64,000 nucleotides of DNA. It comes from a virus. Made by a program: the position numbers and the translations under genes. Positions within the stretch are counted from its first letter, which is position 1, and every line of letters starts with the position of its first letter. The notes under the pieces were generated by a model. The model ran no database searches. It had not been told where the DNA came from and saw nothing but the letters and a program-made list of their open reading frames with translations. Location: positions 1-64,000 of the IMG/VR virus record IMGVR_UViG_3300017716_002595; one strand, 5' to 3'. Positions 28,559 to 38,887 of this stretch are shown here, in pieces.

Positions 28559-29799
28559 TAACAAACAAAAAAATAGAAGAATTATACGAATCTACCCCTG
28601 ATTATGTTGGGGTAGGTTTTGGTATCAAATCTATAAATAAAGAACGTACAGGAGAACATGCTATTGTTTTTACTGTAGAGAAAAAACGTCCTATTGAAGA
28701 AATACCTGAAGATGAATTACTTCCTAAAGAAATTGAAATTGATGGTGTTACTTATAAAACAGATGTTGTTGAAATTGGAAAAGTAGAATTAATGTCATGT
28801 AGTTCTACTACTTTAAATACTTGTTATAACTGGAGTACACCTTTTGATTATGAAGGAAACATATATGGTGGTAACACACCACCTGGAAACAGAGGATATA
28901 TTAGGCCTTTAAAAGGAGGCATTTCTATAACATCACAAAACCAACTAGGTAAAGTAGGTACTTTAGGATTTATAGCAGTGGATAATGCTAAAGATGCCTT
29001 AGTGGGAGTAACTAATAACCATGTTGTAATAGGTAACGCATTTTATACAGCATTAAGAAACGTGTCTCCTGTAAATGAATACCAAGATGTTTACTATCAA
29101 CCAGGAGAATCTGGATTTCAAGGAAATCCTACTTATGTTGTTGGTGAAGTAGTAAGATATGTTCCTATACAGGCTAATGCTTATAATCAGGTAGATGGTG
29201 CTCTAGTTACAGTAGATTCTTCTTCGATAGTTAATAACGCATCTGTTAGACAATATGGTTTTACATATGCAGCAGCAATGCCTTTTGCTACAACTTCTGA
29301 GATTGACTTATTACTATACAGTGATCCCGAATTATACAGCAGTGGAAGAACATCCGGAGCCAAAACAGGATCATTATGTGGTTTATCCACATTTATTCTA
29401 AACCAAATATTACCTATTAATGGGTATAATTTAGATGGAACAATTACTCCTGTAACTTTTAGTAGAGTTATAGGATTTACTAGAACTAGTGCCGAATGCC
29501 CTTTTCCTGTAGTTGGAGGAGATTCAGGTTCTGCTTTAGTAGCAGACTTTAATGGAATTTATAAAATTATAGGATTAGTATTTGCCGGAAGTACATATTA
29601 CGGATATGCTTGCCGAATAGATGAAGTAGCTTCTCAACTAAACATATCAGCTTGGGATGGAACTGATAAAAATTTCTTTAATACTGGTTCAAGACAATTT
29701 AGAACAACACCCGGTGGTAGCTATGATAAAACAATAGATTGTAATGACAATATTTATTGGCAGGTAGGAACAATCAGTAACACTAACCCTTGTAATTAA
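28555..29799 (+). CDS. Trypsin-like (PA clan, Nal1-like) serine protease with N-terminal pro-domain
   Basis: Triad TNNHV / VDGAL / GGDSGSAL; RPLKGGISI..GTLG; GLVFAG; pro-region VGVGFG..IVFTVEKK..TDVVE. Confidence 0.85.
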   Translation: MITNKKIEELYESTPDYVGVGFGIKSINKERTGEHAIVFTVEKKRPIEEIPEDELLPKEIEIDGVTYKTDVVEIGKVELMSCSSTTLNTCYNWSTPFDYEGNIYGGNTPPGNRGYIRPLKGGISITSQNQLGKVGTLGFIAVDNAKDALVGVTNNHVVIGNAFYTALRNVSPVNEYQDVYYQPGESGFQGNPTYVVGEVVRYVPIQANAYNQVDGALVTVDSSSIVNNASVRQYGFTYAAAMPFATTSEIDLLLYSDPELYSSGRTSGAKTGSLCGLSTFILNQILPINGYNLDGTITPVTFSRVIGFTRTSAECPFPVVGGDSGSALVADFNGIYKIIGLVFAGSTYYGYACRIDEVASQLNISAWDGTDKNFFNTGSRQFRTTPGGSYDKTIDCNDNIYWQVGTISNTNPCN

Positions 29800-29808
29800 A
29801 ATATATAA

Positions 29809-30408
29809 ATGTTAAACGTAAGCTTTGTATTTGTAGGATATGAAAATGGACGTCCTTATTGGGAATCAACTCAATATGGGATGAGAATATTATGGAATGG
29901 ATTATATTGGGAAATTATAAATTGGCCATATGATGGGTTACCTGTAAATTATACCGATACTGATATTCCTTTAACAGGATGGCAACTTATAGATAATACA
30001 TCCTTAACAGCTACATTTAGTGTTAACTTGGGTGAATGTTGTTTTGAATATTCATTTGTTAATGCTACATCAGGATCAACATTAGTAATAAAATATATAG
30101 ATTGTAATTACAATACACAAGATATAAGTGTACCATACGGAATTACAGGATCATTTTGCGCTACTAGCATATTAGCATCTAGTAATACAGGTTCATATTC
30201 ATTAACTGGAGATTTATGTTCTAATCCTGATACAACTTGCCGTGGTTGGGTATTAACAGGACCTGTAACAGTGTATTATACAGATTGTGATGGAATACCT
30301 TGGAATACTACTACTGTAGCTAGTGGAAGTTTTGATTTTGGCCTTTGTGCTCGTAGTGTAGATGCTTGGGATAATGTAAATAATTTTTATGCACAAGGAT
30401 ATTGTTAA
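29809..30408 (+). CDS. Cys-rich protein with YxDC modules
   Basis: IKYIDCNY and VYYTDCDG modules like those in 24395..28558; ATATTTAT at 29750. Confidence 0.6.
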   Translation: MLNVSFVFVGYENGRPYWESTQYGMRILWNGLYWEIINWPYDGLPVNYTDTDIPLTGWQLIDNTSLTATFSVNLGECCFEYSFVNATSGSTLVIKYIDCNYNTQDISVPYGITGSFCATSILASSNTGSYSLTGDLCSNPDTTCRGWVLTGPVTVYYTDCDGIPWNTTTVASGSFDFGLCARSVDAWDNVNNFYAQGYC

Positions 30409-30419
30409 AATAAATAATT

Positions 30420-30920
30420 ATGGCTTTATACGGTTCATCTAGAGATATTTCGTTCTTTCATGTTATTAACAGAGAGTTAATACATAACATTATTGAACAA
30501 AACGTAGGATATTACCAAATATCACTAGATGAAACTTCTGTGAATGTTTATGGTGAAGCAGCTAATGGTACTAAAATGTACTACCCACCTGTTTTAATTC
30601 AATGTTTAATTGATAGAGGTGATTATGAAGGTGATTATGATAATGAAATAGGACCTGACTTTACTAGAAATTTTGCATTTAGATTTTTAAGAAGAGATTT
30701 AGTTGATCAAAATGTAGTACCTCAAATTGGTGATGTTGTTTTATGGAATAATGATTACTATGAAATTAATTTAGTAAACGAAAACCAAGACATAGTAGGT
30801 AAAGTACCTCAATACAACTATGGAGGAGCTTACTTAGATGACTTTGGAGCTAGTTTCTCTATAATTTGTAACGCTCATTATGTATCACCAGAATCATTAG
30901 GATTAACTCAAACTAGATAA
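30420..30920 (+). CDS. Neck/head-closure protein (T4 gp14-like)
   Basis: NVYGEA, PQIGDVVLWNNDYYEI; position. Confidence 0.65.
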   Translation: MALYGSSRDISFFHVINRELIHNIIEQNVGYYQISLDETSVNVYGEAANGTKMYYPPVLIQCLIDRGDYEGDYDNEIGPDFTRNFAFRFLRRDLVDQNVVPQIGDVVLWNNDYYEINLVNENQDIVGKVPQYNYGGAYLDDFGASFSIICNAHYVSPESLGLTQTR

Positions 30921-31795
30921 TGTCAAACCAATTACCAATATTACCAAATACACCAGCTCGTGCTTTAAATGAGTATATAGAACCATACATTCCTGGTACT
31001 AAACCTATACTACCTGAAGACCAAATTAATAGAGCTAGTCAAATATCTGTTGATATTGAAAATGATGTTAAACCATTTTCAGTTGGATTACAAGATATTG
31101 ATGATGCTGTATTCTTTTATTTTAATAATATTATAAAACCAACAATAGTTCAAAACGGTAATCAAATACCAGTACCAGTAGCTTATGCTTCTGCTGAAAG
31201 ATGGGTATCTGTTCAAAAAGATGGTTATTTTAGGGATAAAAATGGAAAGGCAATGCATCCATACATCATTGTTAGAAGAACAGGATTTGAAAAAAACAGA
31301 ACATTAGCAAATAAATTAGATGGTAATAATGTAAATAATTTTGCTGTTGCTAGAGCTAGATACAATGCTCAAAATCAATACACTAATTTTGATGTTTTAA
31401 ATAATGTAATACCATCTGAAAAATTCTATTTAACTCCTGTACCGGATTATGTTAATATAACATACGAGTGCGCCATTATTACTAATTTTATTCAAGAAAA
31501 CAACAAAATTGTTGAATCAGTAGAGTTTGCATCAGATTCGTATTGGGGTGATAAGAATCGTTTTCAATTTAGAACATATATTGATAGATTTGATTCTACT
31601 AATGAATATGGTATTAGTGATCAACGTATAGCTAAAACAAGTATGACCTTAACACTTTATGGTTATATTATTCCTGATACTATTAATAGGGATATGGCTA
31701 CAAATGGTAAAAAACAATTCTTTTCCAAATCAATTATATCAATAGGAGCAGAAGTAGTATCAAATCTTGCTAATCCTCGTGCAGGAGAGTTGTAG
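30920..31795 (+). CDS. Tail terminator/sheath stabiliser (T4 gp15-like)
   Basis: VPVAYASAERW, PDYVNITY..NKIVE, LTLYGYI. Confidence 0.7.
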   Translation: MSNQLPILPNTPARALNEYIEPYIPGTKPILPEDQINRASQISVDIENDVKPFSVGLQDIDDAVFFYFNNIIKPTIVQNGNQIPVPVAYASAERWVSVQKDGYFRDKNGKAMHPYIIVRRTGFEKNRTLANKLDGNNVNNFAVARARYNAQNQYTNFDVLNNVIPSEKFYLTPVPDYVNITYECAIITNFIQENNKIVESVEFASDSYWGDKNRFQFRTYIDRFDSTNEYGISDQRIAKTSMTLTLYGYIIPDTINRDMATNGKKQFFSKSIISIGAEVVSNLANPRAGEL

Positions 31796-31820
31796 AACTA
31801 AAATATTTTTCGTATAATAC
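31789..31820 (+). promoter_or_regulatory. Class A promoter (divergent -7)
   Basis: GTTG-N20-TATAATAC preceded by TTTCG as at other class A sites. Confidence 0.45.
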
Positions 31821-31835
31821 AAGAAACATTACGTT

Positions 31836-32078
31836 ATGTTAAGAAAATTTAAAGAAATAGCTAATGCTTGGATAACAGCAGCTAACCCAACACCAGAAGA
31901 AAAAAAATTAGCAGAAGACAGACTAAATGTATGTAACGGGTGTGAACATAAACAAGAAAACGATACAGTAATTGAATTTTATTACTGTGGCATATGTTTA
32001 TGTCCATTAAATAAAAAAATATTTTCCCTAAAGAACCCAGAAATAAACCCATGTCCTGCAAACAAATGGAAAGAATAA
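31836..32078 (+). CDS. Small Cys-rich (Zn-binding) protein
   Basis: RLNVCNGC..CGICLCPL..CPANKW. Confidence 0.7.
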   Translation: MLRKFKEIANAWITAANPTPEEKKLAEDRLNVCNGCEHKQENDTVIEFYYCGICLCPLNKKIFSLKNPEINPCPANKWKE

Positions 32079-32094
32079 ATAACAAGTTATAATT

Positions 32095-32352
32095 ATGATA
32101 AAACAAACAGAAAACTCAACACATTTAACCTCAGAAGAATTACAAGAATTCAAAAACATTTATCAAGAATACCAAACAGCGGTATTTAATTTAGGTTTAT
32201 TATCCTTAGATTTAGAAAATTTAAGTAAAGAAAAAACCCGCTTATCTGATCTAGTTTACGAAGTAAATGAAAAAAGATTAGAAATAGTAAGAAAATTAGG
32301 TGATAAATACGGAGATAAACAAGTTAATTTAGAAACAGGTGCACTTGAATAA
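32095..32352 (+). CDS. Small coiled-coil protein
   Basis: Heptad pattern ending KYG..VNLETG. Confidence 0.65.
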   Translation: MIKQTENSTHLTSEELQEFKNIYQEYQTAVFNLGLLSLDLENLSKEKTRLSDLVYEVNEKRLEIVRKLGDKYGDKQVNLETGALE

Positions 32353-32432
32353 AATAAATGTTGTTTTGTAAGGTTTTTAGAATATTTATTATTAGAACAA
32401 ACTCTATTAGAAATTAAAAACAATAACATAAA

Positions 32433-34571
32433 ATGGCAGAAGCAATTATTTCTCCTGGTGTTTACACCAATGAAAATGACCAGAGTGCAGTAACTCAAGG
32501 CCCAATCGTAGCTGGAGCAGCTATTGTAGGTCCTACAGTTAATGGTATTCCTTATGTTCCAACTCTAGTTACTACGTATAGTGACTATGTTGCAAAATTT
32601 GGAACTACTTTTGAAAGCGGTGCTAACGGTAATTATGAATATTTTACCTCGTTAGCAGCTAAAAATTATTTTGACAATGGTGGAAACACATTGTTAGTAA
32701 CAAGAATCACACATGCTGGAACAGGTTCATCAGCATTAGAATCATTTGCATCTGCAAGTATTCCTTTAGTAGGATTTGATGCAACTTCTTCTATGAGTGT
32801 AGCAGGACTTAACGCAGATGACCCAGGTAATGGAACTGTATTTTTTATATTAACAGGATCAGCTAATTTAAATACTGCTGTATCTTATGGTAAATTTATA
32901 ATGACAAGTAGTGCTAGTCAAATTGATGCTGCTCCAACATATTATATTTTAACAGGATCAACAGCTACAATTACTACTAATAATATTGTAAATAAAATTA
33001 ATTCATTACAGTCTACATTTAATATAGTAGCGAGCTCATCAGTAACAAATTTAGCTGTAACTGCTAGTGTGCCTTATAATGAAACATTAGGAAATTCATT
33101 CCATATAGTATCATCAAGTGTTGACAGAACCTTTGCTGGTGGTCTTACTGGTGCTCAATGTTTTGAATTAGAAACATTAGCATGGGGTGCCCAAATGAAC
33201 AACTCAGGAAGCATATTATCTTCAGGAGCTTTAGTAAATGGTAGTGCTACTAATGTTCGTTGGCAAGTTCAAAACGTAAATACTACACAAGGTACATTTA
33301 CATTAATTATAAGAAGTGGTAATGATACAGACGCTCAACCAAATATTCTTGAAACTTGGACTAACTTATCAATGGATGTTAATCAACCTAACTACATTGC
33401 TAGAGTAATTGGTAATACTAAACCAGTATATGTTTATTCAGCAGCAGATGGTCAAGGATATATTGATGTTCAAGGTGATTTTCCTAATGCTTCAAGATAT
33501 GTTAGAGTTGCAAACGTGCCTCAAGCACAATTTAACACATTTGATAATAATGGGTTATATCAATCTTCAGTATTTAGTGGAAGTTTACCAGAAAATGGAG
33601 ACGGAGGTTTAGCAGGTGCCTTTAATGGTGGTATAGCTGATACTAACTTAGGTAAGTTTATGTTTGAAAATATAACAACAGCAGCTACAAATGCTCAAGG
33701 ATTTACAGCAGCAGATTATGCAACAGCTTTAAATTTATTAAACAACACAGACGAATATCAGTTTAACTTACTAATGACCCCAGGTTTATTCCTAAGTGCA
33801 GGTTCAGCACCAGCAATAGGTTCAAACGGAGCTGATCCAATCGCATTGTGTGAAGGAAGAGCAGATGCTTTAGCAGTAGTTGACCCAGTACCTTATGGTG
33901 GTTCAATAACAAGTGCTAAAACAGCAGCAAATGCTTCAAACTCAAGCTATGCAGCAACATACTGGCCATGGTGTCAAGTATTTAGTTCAGCAATGGGTAG
34001 ATTAGTATGGGTTCCTTCTTCAGTATTAATGGGAGGTGTATTTGCCTTCAATGATGAAGTAGCAGCGCCTTGGTTTGCACCAGCAGGTATTACTAGAGGT
34101 GGTATTCCAAATGTAACAAGAGTTGAAAGAAGATTATCATTAAACGACAGAAACAACTTATATTTAGATAATGTAAACCCATTAGCTACATTCCCTGGAA
34201 ATGGTGTTGTAGTATTTGGTCAGAAAACATTACAACAAAAAGCAACAGCTTTAGATAGAGTAAATGTTAGAAGATTGTTAATTGCATTAAAAGGATATAT
34301 TGGTGGTGTAGCTCGTGGATTAGTATTTGAACAAAATACTGCTACTACTAGAAACGCATTCTTAAACCAAATCAACCCATACTTAGACAGTGTGGTTCAA
34401 AGACAAGGTTTATACGCTTATAAAGTAGTAATGGATGAATCAAACAATACACCAAGTGTAGTAGATAGAAATCAATTAATTGGTCAGATTTACATTCAAC
34501 CAACTAAAACTGCTGAATTTGTGATCTTAGATTTCACAATTTTACCAACAGGTGTTGAATTCCCATCCTAA
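32433..34571 (+). CDS. Tail sheath protein (T4 gp18-like)
   Basis: SPGVYTNEND, WFAPAGITRG, FGQKTLQ, LDRVNVRRLL, QPTKTAEFV. Confidence 0.97.
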   Translation: MAEAIISPGVYTNENDQSAVTQGPIVAGAAIVGPTVNGIPYVPTLVTTYSDYVAKFGTTFESGANGNYEYFTSLAAKNYFDNGGNTLLVTRITHAGTGSSALESFASASIPLVGFDATSSMSVAGLNADDPGNGTVFFILTGSANLNTAVSYGKFIMTSSASQIDAAPTYYILTGSTATITTNNIVNKINSLQSTFNIVASSSVTNLAVTASVPYNETLGNSFHIVSSSVDRTFAGGLTGAQCFELETLAWGAQMNNSGSILSSGALVNGSATNVRWQVQNVNTTQGTFTLIIRSGNDTDAQPNILETWTNLSMDVNQPNYIARVIGNTKPVYVYSAADGQGYIDVQGDFPNASRYVRVANVPQAQFNTFDNNGLYQSSVFSGSLPENGDGGLAGAFNGGIADTNLGKFMFENITTAATNAQGFTAADYATALNLLNNTDEYQFNLLMTPGLFLSAGSAPAIGSNGADPIALCEGRADALAVVDPVPYGGSITSAKTAANASNSSYAATYWPWCQVFSSAMGRLVWVPSSVLMGGVFAFNDEVAAPWFAPAGITRGGIPNVTRVERRLSLNDRNNLYLDNVNPLATFPGNGVVVFGQKTLQQKATALDRVNVRRLLIALKGYIGGVARGLVFEQNTATTRNAFLNQINPYLDSVVQRQGLYAYKVVMDESNNTPSVVDRNQLIGQIYIQPTKTAEFVILDFTILPTGVEFPS

Positions 34572-34611
34572 GCAATATTTATAATTAACAAACAATAAAT
34601 ACAGAGAGAAC

Positions 34612-35103
34612 ATGCCTATATTAAACGCAAACGAAATGATGTTTACACAGTATGAACCTAAAGTTCCAAACAGGTTTATAATGTATGTAAACGGTATTCC
34701 ATCATATATAATCAAAGGAGTAAGTGCCGTAAATTTTGATGATGGTGAAATTATTCTAGATCACATCAACACTTATAGAAAAATCCGTAGTGGGAAAAGA
34801 TTATGGGGAGACATGACATTTACATTATTTGACCCAATCGCTCCATCAGGTGCTCAGGTAGTAATGGAATGGGCTCGTTTAGCATATGAATCTATTACAG
34901 GTAGAGCAGGTTACTCGGATTTTTATAAAAAAGACATTACATTTAATGTTTTAGGTCCAGTTGGTGACGTAGTATCAGAGTGGGTAATCAAAGGAGCTTT
35001 CATTAAAACAGGAAACTTTGATGATTACGATTGGTCAACATATACCGAAGCCGTAAACCTTACTCTAACAATTGGAATGGATTATTGTATCTTAAATTAC
35101 TAA
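34612..35103 (+). CDS. Tail tube protein (T4 gp19-like)
   Basis: EPKVPNRF, YKKDI, GDVVSEW; follows the sheath gene. Confidence 0.9.
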   Translation: MPILNANEMMFTQYEPKVPNRFIMYVNGIPSYIIKGVSAVNFDDGEIILDHINTYRKIRSGKRLWGDMTFTLFDPIAPSGAQVVMEWARLAYESITGRAGYSDFYKKDITFNVLGPVGDVVSEWVIKGAFIKTGNFDDYDWSTYTEAVNLTLTIGMDYCILNY

Positions 35104-35128
35104 TACAAGTATTATATTAAATACAAAG

Positions 35129-35155
35129 AACCCGATAGAAATATCGGGTTTTTTT
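35129..35155 (+). terminator. Intrinsic terminator
   Basis: AACCCGATA-GAAA-TATCGGGTT-TTTTT. Confidence 0.9.
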
Positions 35156-35207
35156 ATAGGAAACATTCTTTTGTTATATTTATATATATAAAAATAAATT
35201 TAAGTTT

Positions 35208-35969
35208 ATGGCAGAATTAAAATTTCCAACAGAAATTATTACATTACCTTCTAAAGGTCTTGTTTATCCTGAAACATCACTATTAGCTAAAGGTGAAATT
35301 GAAATGCGTTATATGAGCGCTAAAGATGAAGATATATTAACTAATATTAACTTCATTAAACAAGGAACAGCAATTGATAAATTACTAAAATCTCTAGTAG
35401 TATCACCTATTGATTTAGATGATTTAATTACAGGAGATAAAAATGCTATTTTATTCGCTGCTCGTATTTTAGGATATGGACATGATTACACATTTTCATT
35501 TAAAAATCAAGTAACAGGTAAAGACGATGAATATACTGTTGATTTAACTCAATTAGATGAAAAACCATTAGATGAAGCGTTATTTGTTCAAGGTAAAAAT
35601 GAATTTGATTTTACCTTTCCTAAATCAGGAAATAAAATAACTTTTAAGTTATTAACAGGTAAAGATGAAAAATCTATAGAAGCTGAAATTAAAGGATTAC
35701 AAAAAATAGATGCTAATGCTTCATATGAAAACACAACACGTTTAAAACATATGATAACATCTATTAATGGAAAAACAGACAAAGTATCAATCCATGATTT
35801 TGTAGACAATTACTTTTTAGCACCCGATTCAAGAGCATTCAAAAAATATTACTACGAGATATCTCCAGATATAGACACTACAATCACTATTGATAAGGAT
35901 GGATACGTACAGGAGGGCGTAGTTATCCCTATCGGGATTAACTTTTTTTGGCCTGACTTCCAAGTATAG
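35208..35969 (+). CDS. Baseplate hub/tail assembly chaperone (T4 gp26-like)
   Basis: ITLPSKG, MSAKDEDIL, FTFPKSG..FKLLTG, ends FFWP. Confidence 0.75.
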   Translation: MAELKFPTEIITLPSKGLVYPETSLLAKGEIEMRYMSAKDEDILTNINFIKQGTAIDKLLKSLVVSPIDLDDLITGDKNAILFAARILGYGHDYTFSFKNQVTGKDDEYTVDLTQLDEKPLDEALFVQGKNEFDFTFPKSGNKITFKLLTGKDEKSIEAEIKGLQKIDANASYENTTRLKHMITSINGKTDKVSIHDFVDNYFLAPDSRAFKKYYYEISPDIDTTITIDKDGYVQEGVVIPIGINFFWPDFQV

Positions 35970-36210
35970 AGAATACTTATTTACAAAAATCCATGAAATA
36001 TGCTTTTATGGACAAGGTGGTTATGATTGGGAGACAATATATAATTTACCAATAATGTATCGTGAATTTATTTATCATAAAATTCGTGAACATTATGATA
36101 AACAAAAAACGAATTCCGAAAAACAGCAAAAAATGATGCAATCTAAAACAGCAACAACTGTTAAACCACTAATCAACCCAACATATACAGCAAAAGCCCC
36201 ACGAAAGTAG
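35944..36210 (+). CDS. gp51-like chaperone extension in the +1 frame, probably reached by a frameshift at a T7 run
   Basis: Frame open from 35923 to TAG at 36210: FFGLTSKYREYLFTKIHEICFYGQGGYDWETIYNLPIMYREFIY..; no ATG before the conserved-looking core. Confidence 0.65.
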   Translation, partial: FFGLTSKYREYLFTKIHEICFYGQGGYDWETIYNLPIMYREFIYHKIREHYDKQKTNSEKQQKMMQSKTATTVKPLINPTYTAKAPRK

Positions 36211-36217
36211 GGCTTTT
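36192..36217 (+). terminator. Intrinsic terminator
   Basis: AAAAGCCC-CACGAAAGTA-GGGCTTTT. Confidence 0.75.
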
Positions 36218-36243
36218 CATATTTATTCATATAATATACTTTT

Positions 36244-38559
36244 ATGGCAGATAATATTAACAAACAAGATCTTCAAGATAGTACTAATGAATTAAATAAA
36301 TTTAATGATTCTTTAAAAGAATCTATAGATTTATCTAGATCATTATCTAAAAATGTTAAATCTGTTACTGATGCTCTTAAACTTTCTAAAGGAGCTAATA
36401 GTGAACTCTATAGTGATCTTAATAAATATAATGATGCTTTAGCAAAAGCATATAACCTTTCTAAAAGATTATATGGAGGAAGATTAAAAGAACAAGAAGT
36501 ATCTGAGGCCTTAAAAAACATTGAACGAACTTATGGAGAGTATATGGCTCGAAATAATAAATCATTTGGTGAAAGAGGTAGATTTACTGTAAGACAAAAA
36601 AGTCTTCAAGAAGAACTTAATAACTTAGCCGATAAAGAGGTTAAACGTCAAGAAGATATAGCAAATGCTGATGCTCGTATTGATAGTTTAAGACGTAATT
36701 TAGCAGATGAAGAAGCAGTTCGTAATGCTACTATGTCTCGAACCCAAAGAGATATAGCAGATAGAGCTATTGCTGATATTAAACTAAGAATTAAAGAAGA
36801 ATCTGAACTTGTTAATATTCTTGAAAAAGGAATTCAAAACAATGAACGAATAATAGCCCGAAAAACTCAAGAATTAGAAAAAGTTAATGAGATAATAGGA
36901 GCTCATAAAGAACTTCAAAAACAATATGAAGAAGAAATAAAGAATAATAAAATTCTTTTAGAAGCAGTTCAAAAACAAAATGCACCTGTAAATAAAATAG
37001 CTGAATCTTTTAAAAAGGTTCAAGGAATATTAGGAGCCTTTATGCCTATATTTAATTTCCTAAAATCAGTGGCATTTGATGTTTCTAATCAAGTAACACA
37101 ACTCCAAAAAGGATTAATGTTATCTTCAGATGAAGCATATAATGTAAGAAGTGAATTTAATGATTTAGCAGTAGCATCTGGAAATGTTCTTATTACTACT
37201 AATGCTTTAGTAGCATCAAATGCTGCTTTAGGTAAACAATTAGGGTTTAATGCTCGTTTTAGTAATGATGCTGTTGTTGAATTTACAAAATTAACTAAAC
37301 AGATAGGATTGAGTGAGGAAGCAGCTGGTGGTTTAGCTAAATTTGCTAAAGCTAATGGTATGACTCTAGAAGAAACTAAAACCACAGCTTTAGGAGTATC
37401 ACAAGCTTTATCTTCTCAATACGGAATACAATTAGATCAAAGAGAAGTACTTGAGGAAATAGGAAAAATATCAGGTCAAACATTAGCAATGTTTAAAGCT
37501 AATCCTGCTGCCTTAGCTCAAGCGGTTGCTCAAGCAAAACTTTTAGGAACTACTTTAGATATAGCTAAAAAACAGGCATCCGCTTTACTTGATTTTGAAT
37601 CATCTATTGAAAATGAATTACAAGCTGAATTATTAACAGGTCAACAATTTAATTTAGAAAGAGCTAGAGCCGCTTCATTAACAGGAGATTTAACCACAAC
37701 AATGAAAGAACTTAACAATCAAGGTGTTGATTTTAATAGGTTCTCTAACATGAATGTTATTGCTCAAGAAAAAGTAGCAGCAGCTTTAGGATTATCTACA
37801 GATGAATTATCTGACCAGTTATTAAAACAACAATATATGAACATGTCTAGAGAACAAGTAGTTGCTCTAGCAGGTGAAGAAGTAGCTAATCGTTTAGAAG
37901 CAGTTAGTGCTCAAGATAAATTTAATGCTGCTGTAGAAAAAATGAAGGATTTATTTGCAAACATAGCAGGTGGTCCTTTAGGACAGTTAGCAGAAATGAT
38001 GGCTGGATTATTAGATAGTTCTGCTGCTTTATATGGAATTATGACTGCCATAGCAGGTATATCATTTGTAAAATTAATAGCAAGTTTAGCCACAACTGCT
38101 GCAACTTTAGCATCATCTGCTGTAGCTGGAGGTGCATTAGCAGCATTCATTAATCCTGCAAGTTTAATTATAGGTATAGCAGCCTTAGCTACTTTAGGAG
38201 CACTAATAGGGGCCTCAATGACCAGCGCAAGTGAAGCAGCTCAACCAATAGGTGATATGTCTTATGCAAACGGTAAAACATTAATATCAACTGCAGAAGG
38301 AGGATTATTTGAACCAAGTCCAAATGATGAGATAGCAGTGGCTCCTGGTATAAGTGATATGATTAACAGATCACAAACATCATCTACTGTAGTACAACAA
38401 GATAACTCTGCTGTAGTAAATGCTATTAATACATTAATTACTGAAGCTAAAAATACAAATAGTGGTTTAGCTCAATTAAATGCTAAAAAATCTGAAATTA
38501 AAGTAGATAGTCAAAATTTCGGAACAACTCAACTTATAGGTACTTATACCTTGGCCTAA
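36244..38559 (+). CDS. Tape measure protein
   Basis: Long Ala/Leu-rich helical protein after the chaperones, hydrophobic C-terminal segments, LLDFESSIENELQAELLTG. Confidence 0.8.
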   Translation: MADNINKQDLQDSTNELNKFNDSLKESIDLSRSLSKNVKSVTDALKLSKGANSELYSDLNKYNDALAKAYNLSKRLYGGRLKEQEVSEALKNIERTYGEYMARNNKSFGERGRFTVRQKSLQEELNNLADKEVKRQEDIANADARIDSLRRNLADEEAVRNATMSRTQRDIADRAIADIKLRIKEESELVNILEKGIQNNERIIARKTQELEKVNEIIGAHKELQKQYEEEIKNNKILLEAVQKQNAPVNKIAESFKKVQGILGAFMPIFNFLKSVAFDVSNQVTQLQKGLMLSSDEAYNVRSEFNDLAVASGNVLITTNALVASNAALGKQLGFNARFSNDAVVEFTKLTKQIGLSEEAAGGLAKFAKANGMTLEETKTTALGVSQALSSQYGIQLDQREVLEEIGKISGQTLAMFKANPAALAQAVAQAKLLGTTLDIAKKQASALLDFESSIENELQAELLTGQQFNLERARAASLTGDLTTTMKELNNQGVDFNRFSNMNVIAQEKVAAALGLSTDELSDQLLKQQYMNMSREQVVALAGEEVANRLEAVSAQDKFNAAVEKMKDLFANIAGGPLGQLAEMMAGLLDSSAALYGIMTAIAGISFVKLIASLATTAATLASSAVAGGALAAFINPASLIIGIAALATLGALIGASMTSASEAAQPIGDMSYANGKTLISTAEGGLFEPSPNDEIAVAPGISDMINRSQTSSTVVQQDNSAVVNAINTLITEAKNTNSGLAQLNAKKSEIKVDSQNFGTTQLIGTYTLA

Positions 38560-38596
38560 TTAAATATTTATAATAAACAATTAAAACAACATAATT

Positions 38597-38872
38597 ATGG
38601 GATTATTAAACTTATTACAAAACGGAACAAGTAACCTAGGATGGGACGGTGGACCAGTACCACCAGTTGCTCAACCTAACGTTATACCAAATCCTCCAGG
38701 AACACGCCATGATGAATATTCAATTAATGGAAATCCTGCAATTAGAGCAATTGGGGCTGGATTTGTACCTTATATTCCACCACCATCAATCTTAGAAGAA
38801 GGAGACCCAGCTAATACAGCTGAATTTAAAAACGCACCTGGGCAAAAATACTTAGACAACCCACCAGGATAA
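38597..38872 (+). CDS. Small Pro-rich tail-associated protein
   Basis: Late promoter at 38564; ends KYLDNPPG. Confidence 0.6.
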   Translation: MGLLNLLQNGTSNLGWDGGPVPPVAQPNVIPNPPGTRHDEYSINGNPAIRAIGAGFVPYIPPPSILEEGDPANTAEFKNAPGQKYLDNPPG

Positions 38873-38887
38873 TAAAAAAATTTATTA

